Virus record (IMG/VR): IMGVR_UViG_3300037067_002514
Location: 26,044-90,043 of that record
Strand: one strand, 5' to 3'
DNA length: 64,000 bases
Source of the DNA: a virus
Taxonomy: Duplodnaviria; Caudoviricetes
The notes beneath the pieces were generated by a model, which did not search any database, was not told the DNA's origin, and worked only from the letters and a program-made list of their open reading frames with translations. Below, piece by piece: positions 19,680 through 29,339 of the stretch; the first letter of the stretch is position 1; every line of letters begins with the position of its first letter. A program made the position numbers and the translations under genes.

Positions 19680-20159
19680 CTACCTATCAAAGTCCTGAAC
19701 CCAACCATAGTTTCTATGTACCTTAGCTTGGGCTAATTTTATCGGAAGCATCCTATTTAGTTCATTAATATCCTCAGTAAGACTAGATGATAACTGCTTA
19801 GACCCCTCTATATTAGAGTAGCTAACTTCATCATCCTTCCAAGATGCAGTACTACTAGATTGAGTATTCTTCTTACCTGACTTTAATATAATTGATGCCA
19901 TTAATACTATGGCTCTTTTATCCTTACTTTGTATAACTGGTGGTGTACTAAACTCAAACGTACAATTAGGATTTCTGGTAACTACACCATCTGCTGAAAT
20001 GTAATACCTGTTACTCCACCTAGTCATTAAGGCTTCAACAGAATCCATAAGAAGACTATGTAATACCTCATCAGAGTATGTCTTTGTGCTAGTATTATCA
20101 CCTATATGATTTCTTAATGGAAGTATAAGAGTTTCTAAATTTGATACAGTATATGCCAC
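19680..20159 (-). CDS. Putative head-tail adaptor protein
   Basis: LRNHIGD...YSDEVLHSLL helical adaptor-like N-terminus; downstream of the capsid gene; TGTGGTATAAT extended -10 at 20178-20188. Confidence 0.55.
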   Translation of the reverse strand: MAYTVSNLETLILPLRNHIGDNTSTKTYSDEVLHSLLMDSVEALMTRWSNRYYISADGVVTRNPNCTFEFSTPPVIQSKDKRAIVLMASIILKSGKKNTQSSSTASWKDDEVSYSNIEGSKQLSSSLTEDINELNRMLPIKLAQAKVHRNYGWVQDFDR

Positions 20160-20210
20160 TATTACCCCCTTATACTAATTATACCACATGATACGCTATA
20201 TGTCAATAGA

Positions 20211-20474
20211 TTACATTGAATTACTAACGTTTATTACCTGCCTATCTATATGCATACCATCATCAACATTAAATTTAATCTCTACTAGATATGTACCAGA
20301 TTCTGATGGGGTAAACATTTCATCATTTAATCCAGAGCATGTTGTAAACTCACCACTAGCAACTACTGTGGTATCAAGACAGTTAAATATATTATATATA
20401 CCAGATGTAATGGTATATTCACCATCTAAGGTAGTTTCTGTATAAAATGGTTTTGACTCACCAACATACCACAT
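20211..20474 (-). CDS. Small beta-rich (Ig-like?) virion protein
   Basis: 87 aa; SGTYLVEIKFNV motif; head module. Confidence 0.4.
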   Translation of the reverse strand: MWYVGESKPFYTETTLDGEYTITSGIYNIFNCLDTTVVASGEFTTCSGLNDEMFTPSESGTYLVEIKFNVDDGMHIDRQVINVSNSM

Positions 20475-20489
20475 AAATCCCCTAAATAA

Positions 20490-20526
20490 AAATATAGAAC
20501 AGGTACTTACTATCTGTTCTATATTT
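20490..20526 (-). terminator. Intrinsic terminator-like hairpin
   Basis: 13-bp inverted repeat AAATATAGAACAG-N11-CTGTTCTATATTT followed by a T-rich run on the minus strand. Confidence 0.55.
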
Positions 20527-20543
20527 AATACTGCATTAATCTC

Positions 20544-20978
20544 CTACTTATCTAGTTCTTTTAATCTTTCCTCTATTATCCCTATAGTCTTAACTGGTTT
20601 ATTTCCAGCCTTAGCAAAGGTAAGGATTCTTTTAATAGGGACTATTGAAGTGAAATCCTTTAGCTTAGTTTTTAATTTAAGGGGTGACATCTTTAAAATA
20701 TCAAGTAGATCACCATCAGATATAGAGTTTGTAGTGTCTACATTTATTGAGTAATCAGATATTGCTATAAGATACCCGTTCTCTACAGTTTTACTATTAT
20801 ACTTTAAAAAGAACTTCTCCGCCTCCTTATTAGGTATTTCTATCATGGTAGAATCTGCACCACTATTAGGGTCACCATATAAAAGAAACTCTTCCTTCTC
20901 GTTGCGGGAATTTAATAGTACCCCTCCAACTTTTCCCTTTATTGCTTTTTTAAAAAACTTTGGATATACTCCTTCCAT
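20544..20978 (-). CDS. Hypothetical head-module protein
   Basis: 144 aa directly after the capsid gene, with RBS. Confidence 0.5.
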   Translation of the reverse strand: MEGVYPKFFKKAIKGKVGGVLLNSRNEKEEFLLYGDPNSGADSTMIEIPNKEAEKFFLKYNSKTVENGYLIAISDYSINVDTTNSISDGDLLDILKMSPLKLKTKLKDFTSIVPIKRILTFAKAGNKPVKTIGIIEERLKELDK

Positions 20979-21047
20979 TTAAACTCCTTTATTTTTATTT
21001 AAAGTCGTAATTTTGAACCTCTCTCCCTTACGACTATTATCCAAATA

Positions 21048-21068
21048 AGGGGGGTATAATACCCCCCT
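21048..21068 (-). terminator. Terminator after the major capsid gene
   Basis: AGGGGGGTA-TTA-TACCCCCCT then TATTT on the minus strand. Confidence 0.6.
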
Positions 21069-21073
21069 AAAAA

Positions 21074-22039
21074 CTAGGTATGATCTAATCTAATTATTAC
21101 AGCATTTTCTAGGGCATCCAGTATCATACCATGCTGTACATATGTCCTTATGTACCAGGTAGGAGGTGCTGTAGACATTTCAGTCCACTGATCTTCTTTA
21201 GGCTCACCGTAGGTAATAAACTCACCAAGTTTGTCACCAACTACAACTACTAGATCATCCCTGATCAGTTCATTCCTATCGTAAGGATTATCGTAGATTT
21301 GAGGTAAAGCCATAAAGGTAGTACCGTAGTAAGTACCTACCCAACCAGTTCTTTGAATCTCTTCTAGAACTGAGTTTACTGCTACCATAGGTGCTGTAGA
21401 TTCAGTAGAACCAACTGCTTGTCTATATCCAGCGAACTTAGTTACAGGTGCTAGGGCAGTCCTTCTTCCTACTACTGCTTTAACACCACCAGCTTCGTCA
21501 TTGATCTTATCAATAGCTGATTCTAGTACTGTTCTAGTAATAGGGGCAGTCATGTAATAGAAGTTAGTGTCATCATCAATAGAGGCTAAGGTGTATAAGG
21601 CTGTCATAATTCTTGTCTGGAAGAAATCATTCAGTTTTGCTTTCATTTCAGCCCTGATTGATTCAACTGAACCAATTTCACCTGATTCAATTTCCCACAG
21701 ATTATGGGATACCTGTACGTAATGCTGATCTATGTTGTAATTTACAACATCTTTTAAGGTTATCTGACTAGACAAAGTTGTCTGACCTGGCACAAACTGT
21801 CTTACTTCAATACCCCTTCTAACCTTTTTAACTATAGCATCACCAGGTTTTAATGCCCTAGTATTAAGGAACATACCAGCAATATCCAATGTTATATGCT
21901 TTGGGTCTACATAGCTTACTATTAATTCAGCTAAGGCTTTCTTATCTGTTTTTGCAACAGAAGACATAGCTACTTTAAGCTCTTCTCTAGAAATTGTCAT
22001 TGTAATCTCCTGCTTGCCTATAATGATATAAAACCACAT
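21074..22039 (-). CDS. Major capsid protein (HK97 fold; probable start MTISRE at 22000)
   Basis: ~308 aa after protease, scaffold and decoration genes; bracketed by hairpins; GGAG RBS upstream of 22000. Confidence 0.8.
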   Translation of the reverse strand: MWFYIIIGKQEITMTISREELKVAMSSVAKTDKKALAELIVSYVDPKHITLDIAGMFLNTRALKPGDAIVKKVRRGIEVRQFVPGQTTLSSQITLKDVVNYNIDQHYVQVSHNLWEIESGEIGSVESIRAEMKAKLNDFFQTRIMTALYTLASIDDDTNFYYMTAPITRTVLESAIDKINDEAGGVKAVVGRRTALAPVTKFAGYRQAVGSTESTAPMVAVNSVLEEIQRTGWVGTYYGTTFMALPQIYDNPYDRNELIRDDLVVVVGDKLGEFITYGEPKEDQWTEMSTAPPTWYIRTYVQHGMILDALENAVIIRLDHT

Positions 22040-22059
22040 GCAAGCGTTTAATTTATATT

Positions 22060-22083
22060 TGGGCAGGAATGGTTACCTGCCCA
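22060..22083 (-). terminator. Hairpin between decoration and capsid genes
   Basis: TGGGCAGG-N8-CCTGCCCA. Confidence 0.5.
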
Positions 22084-22089
22084 TATCTT

Positions 22090-22650
22090 TTAGTTCTCTA
22101 TTTTTATAGTTAGTTTCTGGTTAGTTGAATCATACTCTAATACCTTGGCTACTTTACCAGCAGCACTATACTTCTGCCATAGACCAGTACCTGAAGCTAC
22201 TGATATCTTATCACCAACTACAAATGAATTAGCTGTGTAGCATCCAGACTCAACAGTATAAATACCCTCGTCATAAGCCAACATAAGGGCACCACTAAGG
22301 ATTGTTTGAGCTTCTTGGAATCTAGGGTGAGTAAGTCTCATTGTAAGACTGGAAATAGGTGAATCACTGTCACCAGCTACCCAACCCCTTAAAGTATAAG
22401 GCTGTGATGTAGTATTACTTGATTCATCCTGAGTAGGTAGTGTTTCATAAATAGGTGTTTTCTCGTTATACACCCTAAAGTTTGCAATATACCTTGCTTC
22501 TGGGTCTTCATCAGAAGTAGGATATTTAGCACCGATTACAACATCTGGGCTTGACTTTCCAGTTGCAGCACAAAGAACAACAGCCCTACCAGCAACTATG
22601 TCCTGTTGGGCTACGCAAGGAATCGCTGTACCCATTAATTTGATTTCCAT
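22090..22650 (-). CDS. Putative capsid decoration/cement protein
   Basis: 186 aa between scaffold and capsid genes; IVAGRAVV...FVVGDKISV pattern; position-based. Confidence 0.55.
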   Translation of the reverse strand: MEIKLMGTAIPCVAQQDIVAGRAVVLCAATGKSSPDVVIGAKYPTSDEDPEARYIANFRVYNEKTPIYETLPTQDESSNTTSQPYTLRGWVAGDSDSPISSLTMRLTHPRFQEAQTILSGALMLAYDEGIYTVESGCYTANSFVVGDKISVASGTGLWQKYSAAGKVAKVLEYDSTNQKLTIKIEN

Positions 22651-22674
22651 CTATTTCACCTCATTAGCGTTTAT

Positions 22675-23286
22675 TTACTTTAATTCTGATAATCCTTTCT
22701 TAAGGATTTCTATGGCCTGAATGTTCTCTGTGTTATACATTGGAGGAACCTTGTCTTCTTTTTCTGAACTAGAAACTTTGCTACTTTTCTTTAAAGAAGA
22801 CATCTGAGATACTGTGAATTCAAAAACTTCCTCGGACATAGCTAACCATTTGTCTGTATCTTTTTCAATACTGAAATCTAGCCCAGCTTCTGTAACCTTA
22901 GCCTGTCTTGTACTAATTAACTTAGCTGTAGCCTGTGTCTTTTCAGTTTCTGCTTTAAAAACTCTTAAAGTTTCAACTTCTGCTAATACCTCGGTTAAAC
23001 TATTACTAGACTTTTCTAGTTCACTTTTTGATTCTTCCAGAGATTTAGTAAGAGTTTCAATCTGTGTACTCTTACCTGCTAGTTCTGTTGATAACTCTTC
23101 TATCTTCTTTTCTGATATAGAAAGCTTATCAGAGGTTTCCTTTAACAGTTTTTCTAACTCTGTTACTTTATCTGTAAGTTCCATTTTCACCTCTTTATTT
23201 TCACTTATACTTAATATACCAACCTCTAGTACTTTTTTTATTTCTCTAAGTTGCTCTGTTGGTATTGTTGATAAATCTATTAGCAT
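22675..23286 (-). CDS. Capsid scaffolding protein
   Basis: Long E/K/S/L coiled coil between protease and capsid genes; possible internal start MELTDK at 23181. Confidence 0.7.
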   Translation of the reverse strand: MLIDLSTIPTEQLREIKKVLEVGILSISENKEVKMELTDKVTELEKLLKETSDKLSISEKKIEELSTELAGKSTQIETLTKSLEESKSELEKSSNSLTEVLAEVETLRVFKAETEKTQATAKLISTRQAKVTEAGLDFSIEKDTDKWLAMSEEVFEFTVSQMSSLKKSSKVSSSEKEDKVPPMYNTENIQAIEILKKGLSELK

Positions 23287-23843
23287 TATAATCCTCTATT
23301 CTTTAACTCATTGTTTATCTGGTCTAGTAAATCCTTTGAACTTATTGAAAGTAGATTTGTTCTTCCTTCATACGCTGGATTTGACACAGCAGTTATAGCT
23401 TTTGTTACTACTCCAGTAAGCCAACTAACCCCATCTTCTAGTACTGAATCCTTGTACCTTAATTCCCAAGAAAAATTTATATCTTTACCTGCTGAACTCT
23501 CATGCTTAAGAAATTCAACTAATTCTGGAAACTCATCATTGTATAAGGCACCATGAGCTATGATTTTGTCATTATCTTCCTTTCCTTCTATAATTATACC
23601 TACTGGTAATGAATTTGCATGTCCATAAATCATACCGTTAAAGTTAGCCTTTATAGGCATATAACTCATAGACTTTATTATATTAGGAAACTCAGATTTC
23701 TTTATACCTTGCTTGTTAGCATTTGGTTTATCGTCAGTAAATACTAATTCTATAGGGGTTAAAAGAGGATTTGAATACTCTGCAAGGCATATACTACTAT
23801 CTATTTTAGCTTTTATATTTAGGGTTAAGTTTGACACAAGCAT
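23286..23843 (-). CDS. Prohead maturation protease (HK97/herpes-like)
   Basis: YGHANSLPVG (His) and INFSWE (Ser) motifs; DDKPNANKQG N-terminal motif. Confidence 0.75.
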   Translation of the reverse strand: MLVSNLTLNIKAKIDSSICLAEYSNPLLTPIELVFTDDKPNANKQGIKKSEFPNIIKSMSYMPIKANFNGMIYGHANSLPVGIIIEGKEDNDKIIAHGALYNDEFPELVEFLKHESSAGKDINFSWELRYKDSVLEDGVSWLTGVVTKAITAVSNPAYEGRTNLLSISSKDLLDQINNELKNRGL

Positions 23844-23888
23844 ACCTCACTAATAGTACTCTATTATATATAAGCATATATTAGTTAA

Positions 23889-24980
23889 TTACTCACATAT
23901 AGTTAATAAAACCTTATTAGTTACTGTACCCCATAAAAACTTTTCATTTTGTGAGTTCTTCTTTACTAGAGTAGATTTATGTAGTCTATATTCCCTGTCT
24001 CTATATAACTTTTCTAGTTTATTAACCATATCCTCTAATACTATCCTATCCCCAAAGTACTTAGAATTAGGTATACACTCTTTAGTTGATTTAATATAAT
24101 CTACTGAATCCCCCCAAATATCTTTTAGATTCCCACAGTCAGTACAAAGGATGGGAACACCACTTACAGAACTCTCTAAAAGAGGAAGTGCAAAGCCCTC
24201 ACCCATAGTTGTACTACAATGTACATCAAAAGCGTTGTACATAACATTAAGGGTATAAAAATCTACATCCTCATGATTTATAAGAAGCTTATCACTTATA
24301 TTATAATACTCTGCTAAATAGTTTAGGTCATAGCACGATTCATTGCCAGCAGTATGTATTATTCCTAGTACATCATTTTTACCCATACTGAACTTTGAGA
24401 ATGCTTCTATAAATAAATCAAATCTCTTTCTATAGGTGTTAGTACCAGTTATTCCAACAACAAATGAACCAGATAGATTCATTTTATCCTTAGCATTTAT
24501 ATCCTTTTTAAACACCTCTGTATCTACCCCATGATACACTGGGGTAACCTTTCCACTATATAGTTTACCTATCTCATTAGTTGAATAGTTTGTATAGGAT
24601 AATATTGACTTTATACCTATAGTATTGAGTCTAGAAACGTCTTTATTAATTGGGGTAAAGTTAACTGGAAAGAAAGGTATAATATTTCCCCTATACTCAG
24701 TATGATCAAGATATTTTAGTATAATTCTGTCATCATTAAAAACAATTAAACAATCTGGTTCTTCTTCATCTATAACAGCCTGTAGACCACTAAAAGAGTA
24801 CAGATCACCACCATTTTTAGCTGGATAAATGTAATAAGGGTATGGGTTCCTTTTCATACCATCATACCCTATACCATAAACCACTACTATATTATCCTTT
24901 GAAAGAATATTACATATATTATGAGTAACTATAGAAAATCCACTCAAAATACATGCATCACCAACAAATAGTATTTTCAA
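23889..24980 (-). CDS. GT-B (family 4-like) glycosyltransferase, paralogue of 16632-18971
   Basis: MKILFVGD...SGFSIV, NTYRKRFD, TTMGEGFALPLLESSVSG. Confidence 0.85.
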   Translation of the reverse strand: MKILFVGDACILSGFSIVTHNICNILSKDNIVVVYGIGYDGMKRNPYPYYIYPAKNGGDLYSFSGLQAVIDEEEPDCLIVFNDDRIILKYLDHTEYRGNIIPFFPVNFTPINKDVSRLNTIGIKSILSYTNYSTNEIGKLYSGKVTPVYHGVDTEVFKKDINAKDKMNLSGSFVVGITGTNTYRKRFDLFIEAFSKFSMGKNDVLGIIHTAGNESCYDLNYLAEYYNISDKLLINHEDVDFYTLNVMYNAFDVHCSTTMGEGFALPLLESSVSGVPILCTDCGNLKDIWGDSVDYIKSTKECIPNSKYFGDRIVLEDMVNKLEKLYRDREYRLHKSTLVKKNSQNEKFLWGTVTNKVLLTICE

Positions 24981-24989
24981 AATACCCCC

Positions 24990-25472
24990 TTACACTATAA
25001 TTGACCCATAGGCTTGTCTATTATCCTTTTTTGCTTCAGATAAGGAAGCTACTGGGATATACTCTATTTTCCTCTCTACTATAACTGGATTACTAAACAA
25101 GATTTCACCACTGTCTGATATAGTATAATCTAGCTTGCATAGAAAACTTGTATTGTTAAGATACACTTCTGCTACAATGTACGTATCAAATGTGTCCATA
25201 ATCCATACCCTCTGTGTTGGTACTGGTTGATTATCAAGGTTGTCAGGAAAAAGTCTATTTAACGCTTTCTGTATTTTATTTTCTGTTTCTCTTAGACTTT
25301 CTTCACTAAACTCTGTAACCCCAGCACTAGATTCCTTCTTACTCTTTTCATACTGAACCTTACAAATAGCAATAGCACTACTCTTATTCTTACCAGTTTT
25401 CATTACAGAATCTACACAACTCTCCATGAATTTTATTGTGTTCTCGTTCTCATTTTTTATACCATATGGCAT
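24990..25472 (-). CDS. Hypothetical phage protein
   Basis: 160 aa; N-terminal MPY...MESCVDSVMKTGKNKSSAIAICK motif. Confidence 0.5.
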   Translation of the reverse strand: MPYGIKNENENTIKFMESCVDSVMKTGKNKSSAIAICKVQYEKSKKESSAGVTEFSEESLRETENKIQKALNRLFPDNLDNQPVPTQRVWIMDTFDTYIVAEVYLNNTSFLCKLDYTISDSGEILFSNPVIVERKIEYIPVASLSEAKKDNRQAYGSIIV

Positions 25473-25482
25473 TTTAAACCCC

Positions 25483-25953
25483 CTATAGTTTATTACCTAA
25501 TAATTTTGCAATAACATGACACACTTTAAGGTGCATATCCTCTGCGTATTCATACATTCCAACTTTAGTAGGAGTTAGCATAGACACATCACACATATCC
25601 ATTAACTTACCCCCATCAAATCCAACTATGGATATTGTGTATCCTATAGAACTAGCATAATTTACTGCATTGATAAGATTGGTAGAATTTCCACTAGCTG
25701 ATATAACAATTAGTACATCACCCTCTTCAAATAGTACTTTCAGTTGATCTGAGAAGATATAATCATATCCACGATCATTCCCTATCCTAGTTATATTTGA
25801 TGTACTATCACAGAGGGATATTGCCTTATACCCCCTGCTCATTAAATCATTAGCTAGGTGGGAAGCCGTTGAAGCACTACCACCATTACCTGCTATATAT
25901 ATGAACCTATCCTTTTTTAATAGCTTAACAGCATCATATACAGTTCCTAGCAA
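25483..25953 (-). CDS. gmhA: Phosphoheptose isomerase (SIS domain)
   Basis: GNGGSASTASH, RIGNDRGYDYIFSDQL, ISASGNSTN, EDMH. Confidence 0.85.
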   Translation of the reverse strand: MLGTVYDAVKLLKKDRFIYIAGNGGSASTASHLANDLMSRGYKAISLCDSTSNITRIGNDRGYDYIFSDQLKVLFEEGDVLIVISASGNSTNLINAVNYASSIGYTISIVGFDGGKLMDMCDVSMLTPTKVGMYEYAEDMHLKVCHVIAKLLGNKL

Positions 25954-26909
25954 CTAAATACCTCCTTTATTCTTGGGATATTTCTGTATATATTTCCCTC
26001 ATAGTACAAGATTATCCCTTTATAGTACGCATCTGCTATACTTCTTATACCATCCTCAACAGTATACCTACACTCAAACCCCAATACTTTTTTTATCTTA
26101 TCAGCATTAACATGATAAGACCTTAAATCATCTGATTCAACCTTGTTAATAATTATGTCATTTCCAATAACACCTCTTACTAGTTGTGCTAACTCATCTA
26201 TAGTATAGTTACTATAAAGGACATTAAAAGCCTCTGAATCAACTAAGTTCCTAGGTGCTGTAAGCATCATCTTATATACCCTAACCATATCAAGCACATT
26301 AAGAGTAGGTCTCATCTGTGAACCCCCAAATACAGTCATTTTACCCGTTGTTAGGGCACTTATAGTAAGAGCATTAACAGCTAAATCTAACCTTAACCTT
26401 GGGGAATAACCACATAAAGTTGATGGTCTAACAAATACATATTCTGTATTATTTAATTCTGCCCTAATATACTCTTCATTCATTATTTTATGAAGACCAT
26501 AAGTATCTACTGGGTCAGCTTTCTCTTCCTCTGTTACACTAACGGTTAATGGTTTAATTCCATATTGACTTGTTGAACTTGCCACTATTAATCTCTTAAT
26601 ACTGTTTATATTACAAGCTTTAACAATATTGTAAGTAGATGAATAATCTATTGACTTAGCTAAGTCAATATCTATATCACCTGGGGCACCAGTAGAAGCA
26701 AGATGTATAATAGCATCGCAACCTTCACTGTACTTAACAACTTTATCAGTATCCCTAATATCACCAATTATTTGGGTTAACCTATGATTATAAGGAAGTA
26801 TATGCCTATATATGTACATGTCATATGTAATTACATCATGCTCTTTAAGTAGCTCAGGTACTAGTATACTCCCAACATACCCTGCTCCCCCAGTAACAAA
26901 TACCCTCAT
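25947..26909 (-). CDS. NAD-dependent nucleotide-sugar epimerase/dehydratase (extended SDR)
   Basis: TGGAGYVG, SSTSQYG, YGLHK (YxxxK). Confidence 0.88.
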   Translation of the reverse strand: MRVFVTGGAGYVGSILVPELLKEHDVITYDMYIYRHILPYNHRLTQIIGDIRDTDKVVKYSEGCDAIIHLASTGAPGDIDIDLAKSIDYSSTYNIVKACNINSIKRLIVASSTSQYGIKPLTVSVTEEEKADPVDTYGLHKIMNEEYIRAELNNTEYVFVRPSTLCGYSPRLRLDLAVNALTISALTTGKMTVFGGSQMRPTLNVLDMVRVYKMMLTAPRNLVDSEAFNVLYSNYTIDELAQLVRGVIGNDIIINKVESDDLRSYHVNADKIKKVLGFECRYTVEDGIRSIADAYYKGIILYYEGNIYRNIPRIKEVFSC

Positions 26910-27877
26910 TAAATATCACCCACCTTAACTAATACTTTACCACAAAATCCACTTCTAAATGAATCTATTGCCTTATTTATACTATTAAACTCAAATAATT
27001 TAAGCTTAATTTTAGATACATCTATTATTCTAAATAAGTTATAAATATCATAGTCAGACTGTATACCACCACCCCAAGAACCTATTATTCTCTTACCTTT
27101 TATAAAATCAAATGGTTTAACATTAAAAGAATCCGATGGTGGTGGATTACCTACTAGGATGAGAGTACCATTATCTACTAATGAGTTAAATGCTTGCTCT
27201 ATTGACTTTACACTCCCTGTAGTATCTATAGCACAGTCTACTTTATCATATATATCTGTACTATCTGCCCCCAAGGTAATACCATATTTTTCCCTATCTT
27301 TATTAGTATCAGTAACATAAGTTTTAAATCCCCGATACTTTGCACCTAGGACACAGGCAGAGCCTATATTTCCCACACCATGTATCCTTATTGTTAAACC
27401 TGACGCATAGTTAAATACTGTTCCAGCACCTGTTGGTATCATACACCCAAATAGGGGTAGACTATAAAGCATTTTTTTTGGCATCTTACTTTTACCAAAG
27501 AACTTAACTAGTCTATTCTCTGGAACTATAGTATACTCTTGAAAGGTAGTTACTGCACCTGCATTATATCCCTTATATACTGGTGCATCGGCATTTAATC
27601 CATCTACCTTAATCCAAGTAATTACAACTAAATCATTATCTTTTACCTTTGATACATCCTCCCCTACCCCAATAACCTCACCAACTGCCTCATGACCAAG
27701 TAGGTGAGGTATATACTCTGAAAATTTATTACCAGATATCTCGTTTATTTGAGAACCACAAATACCTGTACATAGTACTTTTACGAGTACTTGACCTCTT
27801 TTCAATTCTGGAAGTTCAATAGAAACTATCTCTAATGGCTTATTTATCTCTGTTAATACGGCAGCTTTAGTGTACAT
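26909..27877 (-). CDS. Zn-dependent alcohol dehydrogenase (MDR family)
   Basis: CTGICGSQ, LLGHEAVGEV, GVGNIG. Confidence 0.85.
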   Translation of the reverse strand: MYTKAAVLTEINKPLEIVSIELPELKRGQVLVKVLCTGICGSQINEISGNKFSEYIPHLLGHEAVGEVIGVGEDVSKVKDNDLVVITWIKVDGLNADAPVYKGYNAGAVTTFQEYTIVPENRLVKFFGKSKMPKKMLYSLPLFGCMIPTGAGTVFNYASGLTIRIHGVGNIGSACVLGAKYRGFKTYVTDTNKDREKYGITLGADSTDIYDKVDCAIDTTGSVKSIEQAFNSLVDNGTLILVGNPPPSDSFNVKPFDFIKGKRIIGSWGGGIQSDYDIYNLFRIIDVSKIKLKLFEFNSINKAIDSFRSGFCGKVLVKVGDI

Positions 27878-27883
27878 TATATT

Positions 27884-28528
27884 TTAGGGAATAAACCAAT
27901 AAAAATCCCCTGTATAACCCTCCTCTTTAAATAATTGTTTCCACTCTTCTACACTATGAATAGTTTCAGCAGTTATGTTCCACTCTAGCATCCTTTTCTT
28001 CTCTTCTTCATTACTGTATGCATCTACAGTAATAAATGTCTTTTTTCCTATCCTCTGTATTTCCCTTACTGCCCTCCTGCATTCATCTTCTTTTAAGTTA
28101 TGAATAGTGTTAATACATATTACTAGGTCAAATGATTTATCCGAATATGGTATATTATTAACATTTGCCTGTATTGCAACTATTCCCTCTGGACAACAAT
28201 TAACTGCATACTCTGAAATATCCATACCATATAGTTTAAGGTTATTATTATGCTGTTTAAAATCATATAGCATATAACCTTTAGCCATACCACAATCAAG
28301 TATTTTATCCCCATCACCTAGATTATAGTATTCTATAAATCTTTTAGTAACAGGAATCCATCTTCCATCATAAATATATCCTCCATAGCAAATACGAGGT
28401 ACTTTCATGTCAAAGTATCTCCAATCATATAGTCTTGCTATAGCTCTCTGTTCCTCACTCTTCTCTTGTGCCCTAGTACTCGTATCCCTCTTTATCTTAG
28501 GATAATCTACTAGTAAATCTACTTCCAT
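27884..28528 (-). CDS. Class I SAM-dependent methyltransferase
   Basis: ILDCGMAKG, YGMDISEYA, SFDLVICINTIHNL. Confidence 0.85.
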   Translation of the reverse strand: MEVDLLVDYPKIKRDTSTRAQEKSEEQRAIARLYDWRYFDMKVPRICYGGYIYDGRWIPVTKRFIEYYNLGDGDKILDCGMAKGYMLYDFKQHNNNLKLYGMDISEYAVNCCPEGIVAIQANVNNIPYSDKSFDLVICINTIHNLKEDECRRAVREIQRIGKKTFITVDAYSNEEEKKRMLEWNITAETIHSVEEWKQLFKEEGYTGDFYWFIP

Positions 28529-28529
28529 T

Positions 28530-29339
28530 CTAACCTTCCTTTTTCATTTTATAACAATACTCTGCTGTAGGAAATACACCACTTCTTACCTCACTAGCAT
28601 ATTCCATAAAAGCCTTCTTTATTTGTTCAGATATGTTTACATATCTCTTTGCAAACTTAGGTTTGAATCCTTCAAAGGTACCTAATAGATCACTAGATAG
28701 TAATAATTGACCATCAACATATTGACCAGCACCAATACCATATACTGGAATACTTAATCTTTCTGTTATTATCTTTCCAGTTTCTGCTGGAACCCCCTCT
28801 ACTAATAATATTGAAGCCCCTGCCCTCTCTACTGCCTTAGCATCATCAACAAGAATCTCTGCTGACTCTTGAGTATTCCCTTGTACTTTAAATCCACCCA
28901 TCTGGGATGAACTTTGAGGTGTAAGACCAATATGACCTATAACTACCATACCAGAATCCACTATACCCTCTATTTGAGGTGCTACTCTTTTACCCCCTTC
29001 TAGTTTAATAGCATCAACCCCCAATCTATAGAATTTACCAGCATTCTCTATTGCTGATTCTACAGATTTTTGATATGACATAAAAGGCATATCCCCTACT
29101 ACAAAGGTGTTAGGGGCAGCCCTTCTTACTGCTTCTGTATGATACAACATTTGTTCCATAGTTACAGGCATTGTACTTGGGTACCCATATATTATCATAC
29201 CTACTGAATCACCTACTAGAATCATATCTAATCCTGCTTGTTCTGCTAGGCTGGCTGTAGAATAATCATAAGCTACTACCCATGTAACCTTTTCCTTAAC
29301 TTCCTTCATTTTTACTAGGTCTAGTATACTTTTCTTCAT
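28530..29339 (-). CDS. panB: 3-methyl-2-oxobutanoate hydroxymethyltransferase (PanB family)
   Basis: AYDY, ILVGDSVG, VVGDMPFMSY, IKLEGG, GHIGLTPQ, GIGAG...DGQLL. Confidence 0.9.
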   Translation of the reverse strand: MKKSILDLVKMKEVKEKVTWVVAYDYSTASLAEQAGLDMILVGDSVGMIIYGYPSTMPVTMEQMLYHTEAVRRAAPNTFVVGDMPFMSYQKSVESAIENAGKFYRLGVDAIKLEGGKRVAPQIEGIVDSGMVVIGHIGLTPQSSSQMGGFKVQGNTQESAEILVDDAKAVERAGASILLVEGVPAETGKIITERLSIPVYGIGAGQYVDGQLLLSSDLLGTFEGFKPKFAKRYVNISEQIKKAFMEYASEVRSGVFPTAEYCYKMKKEG

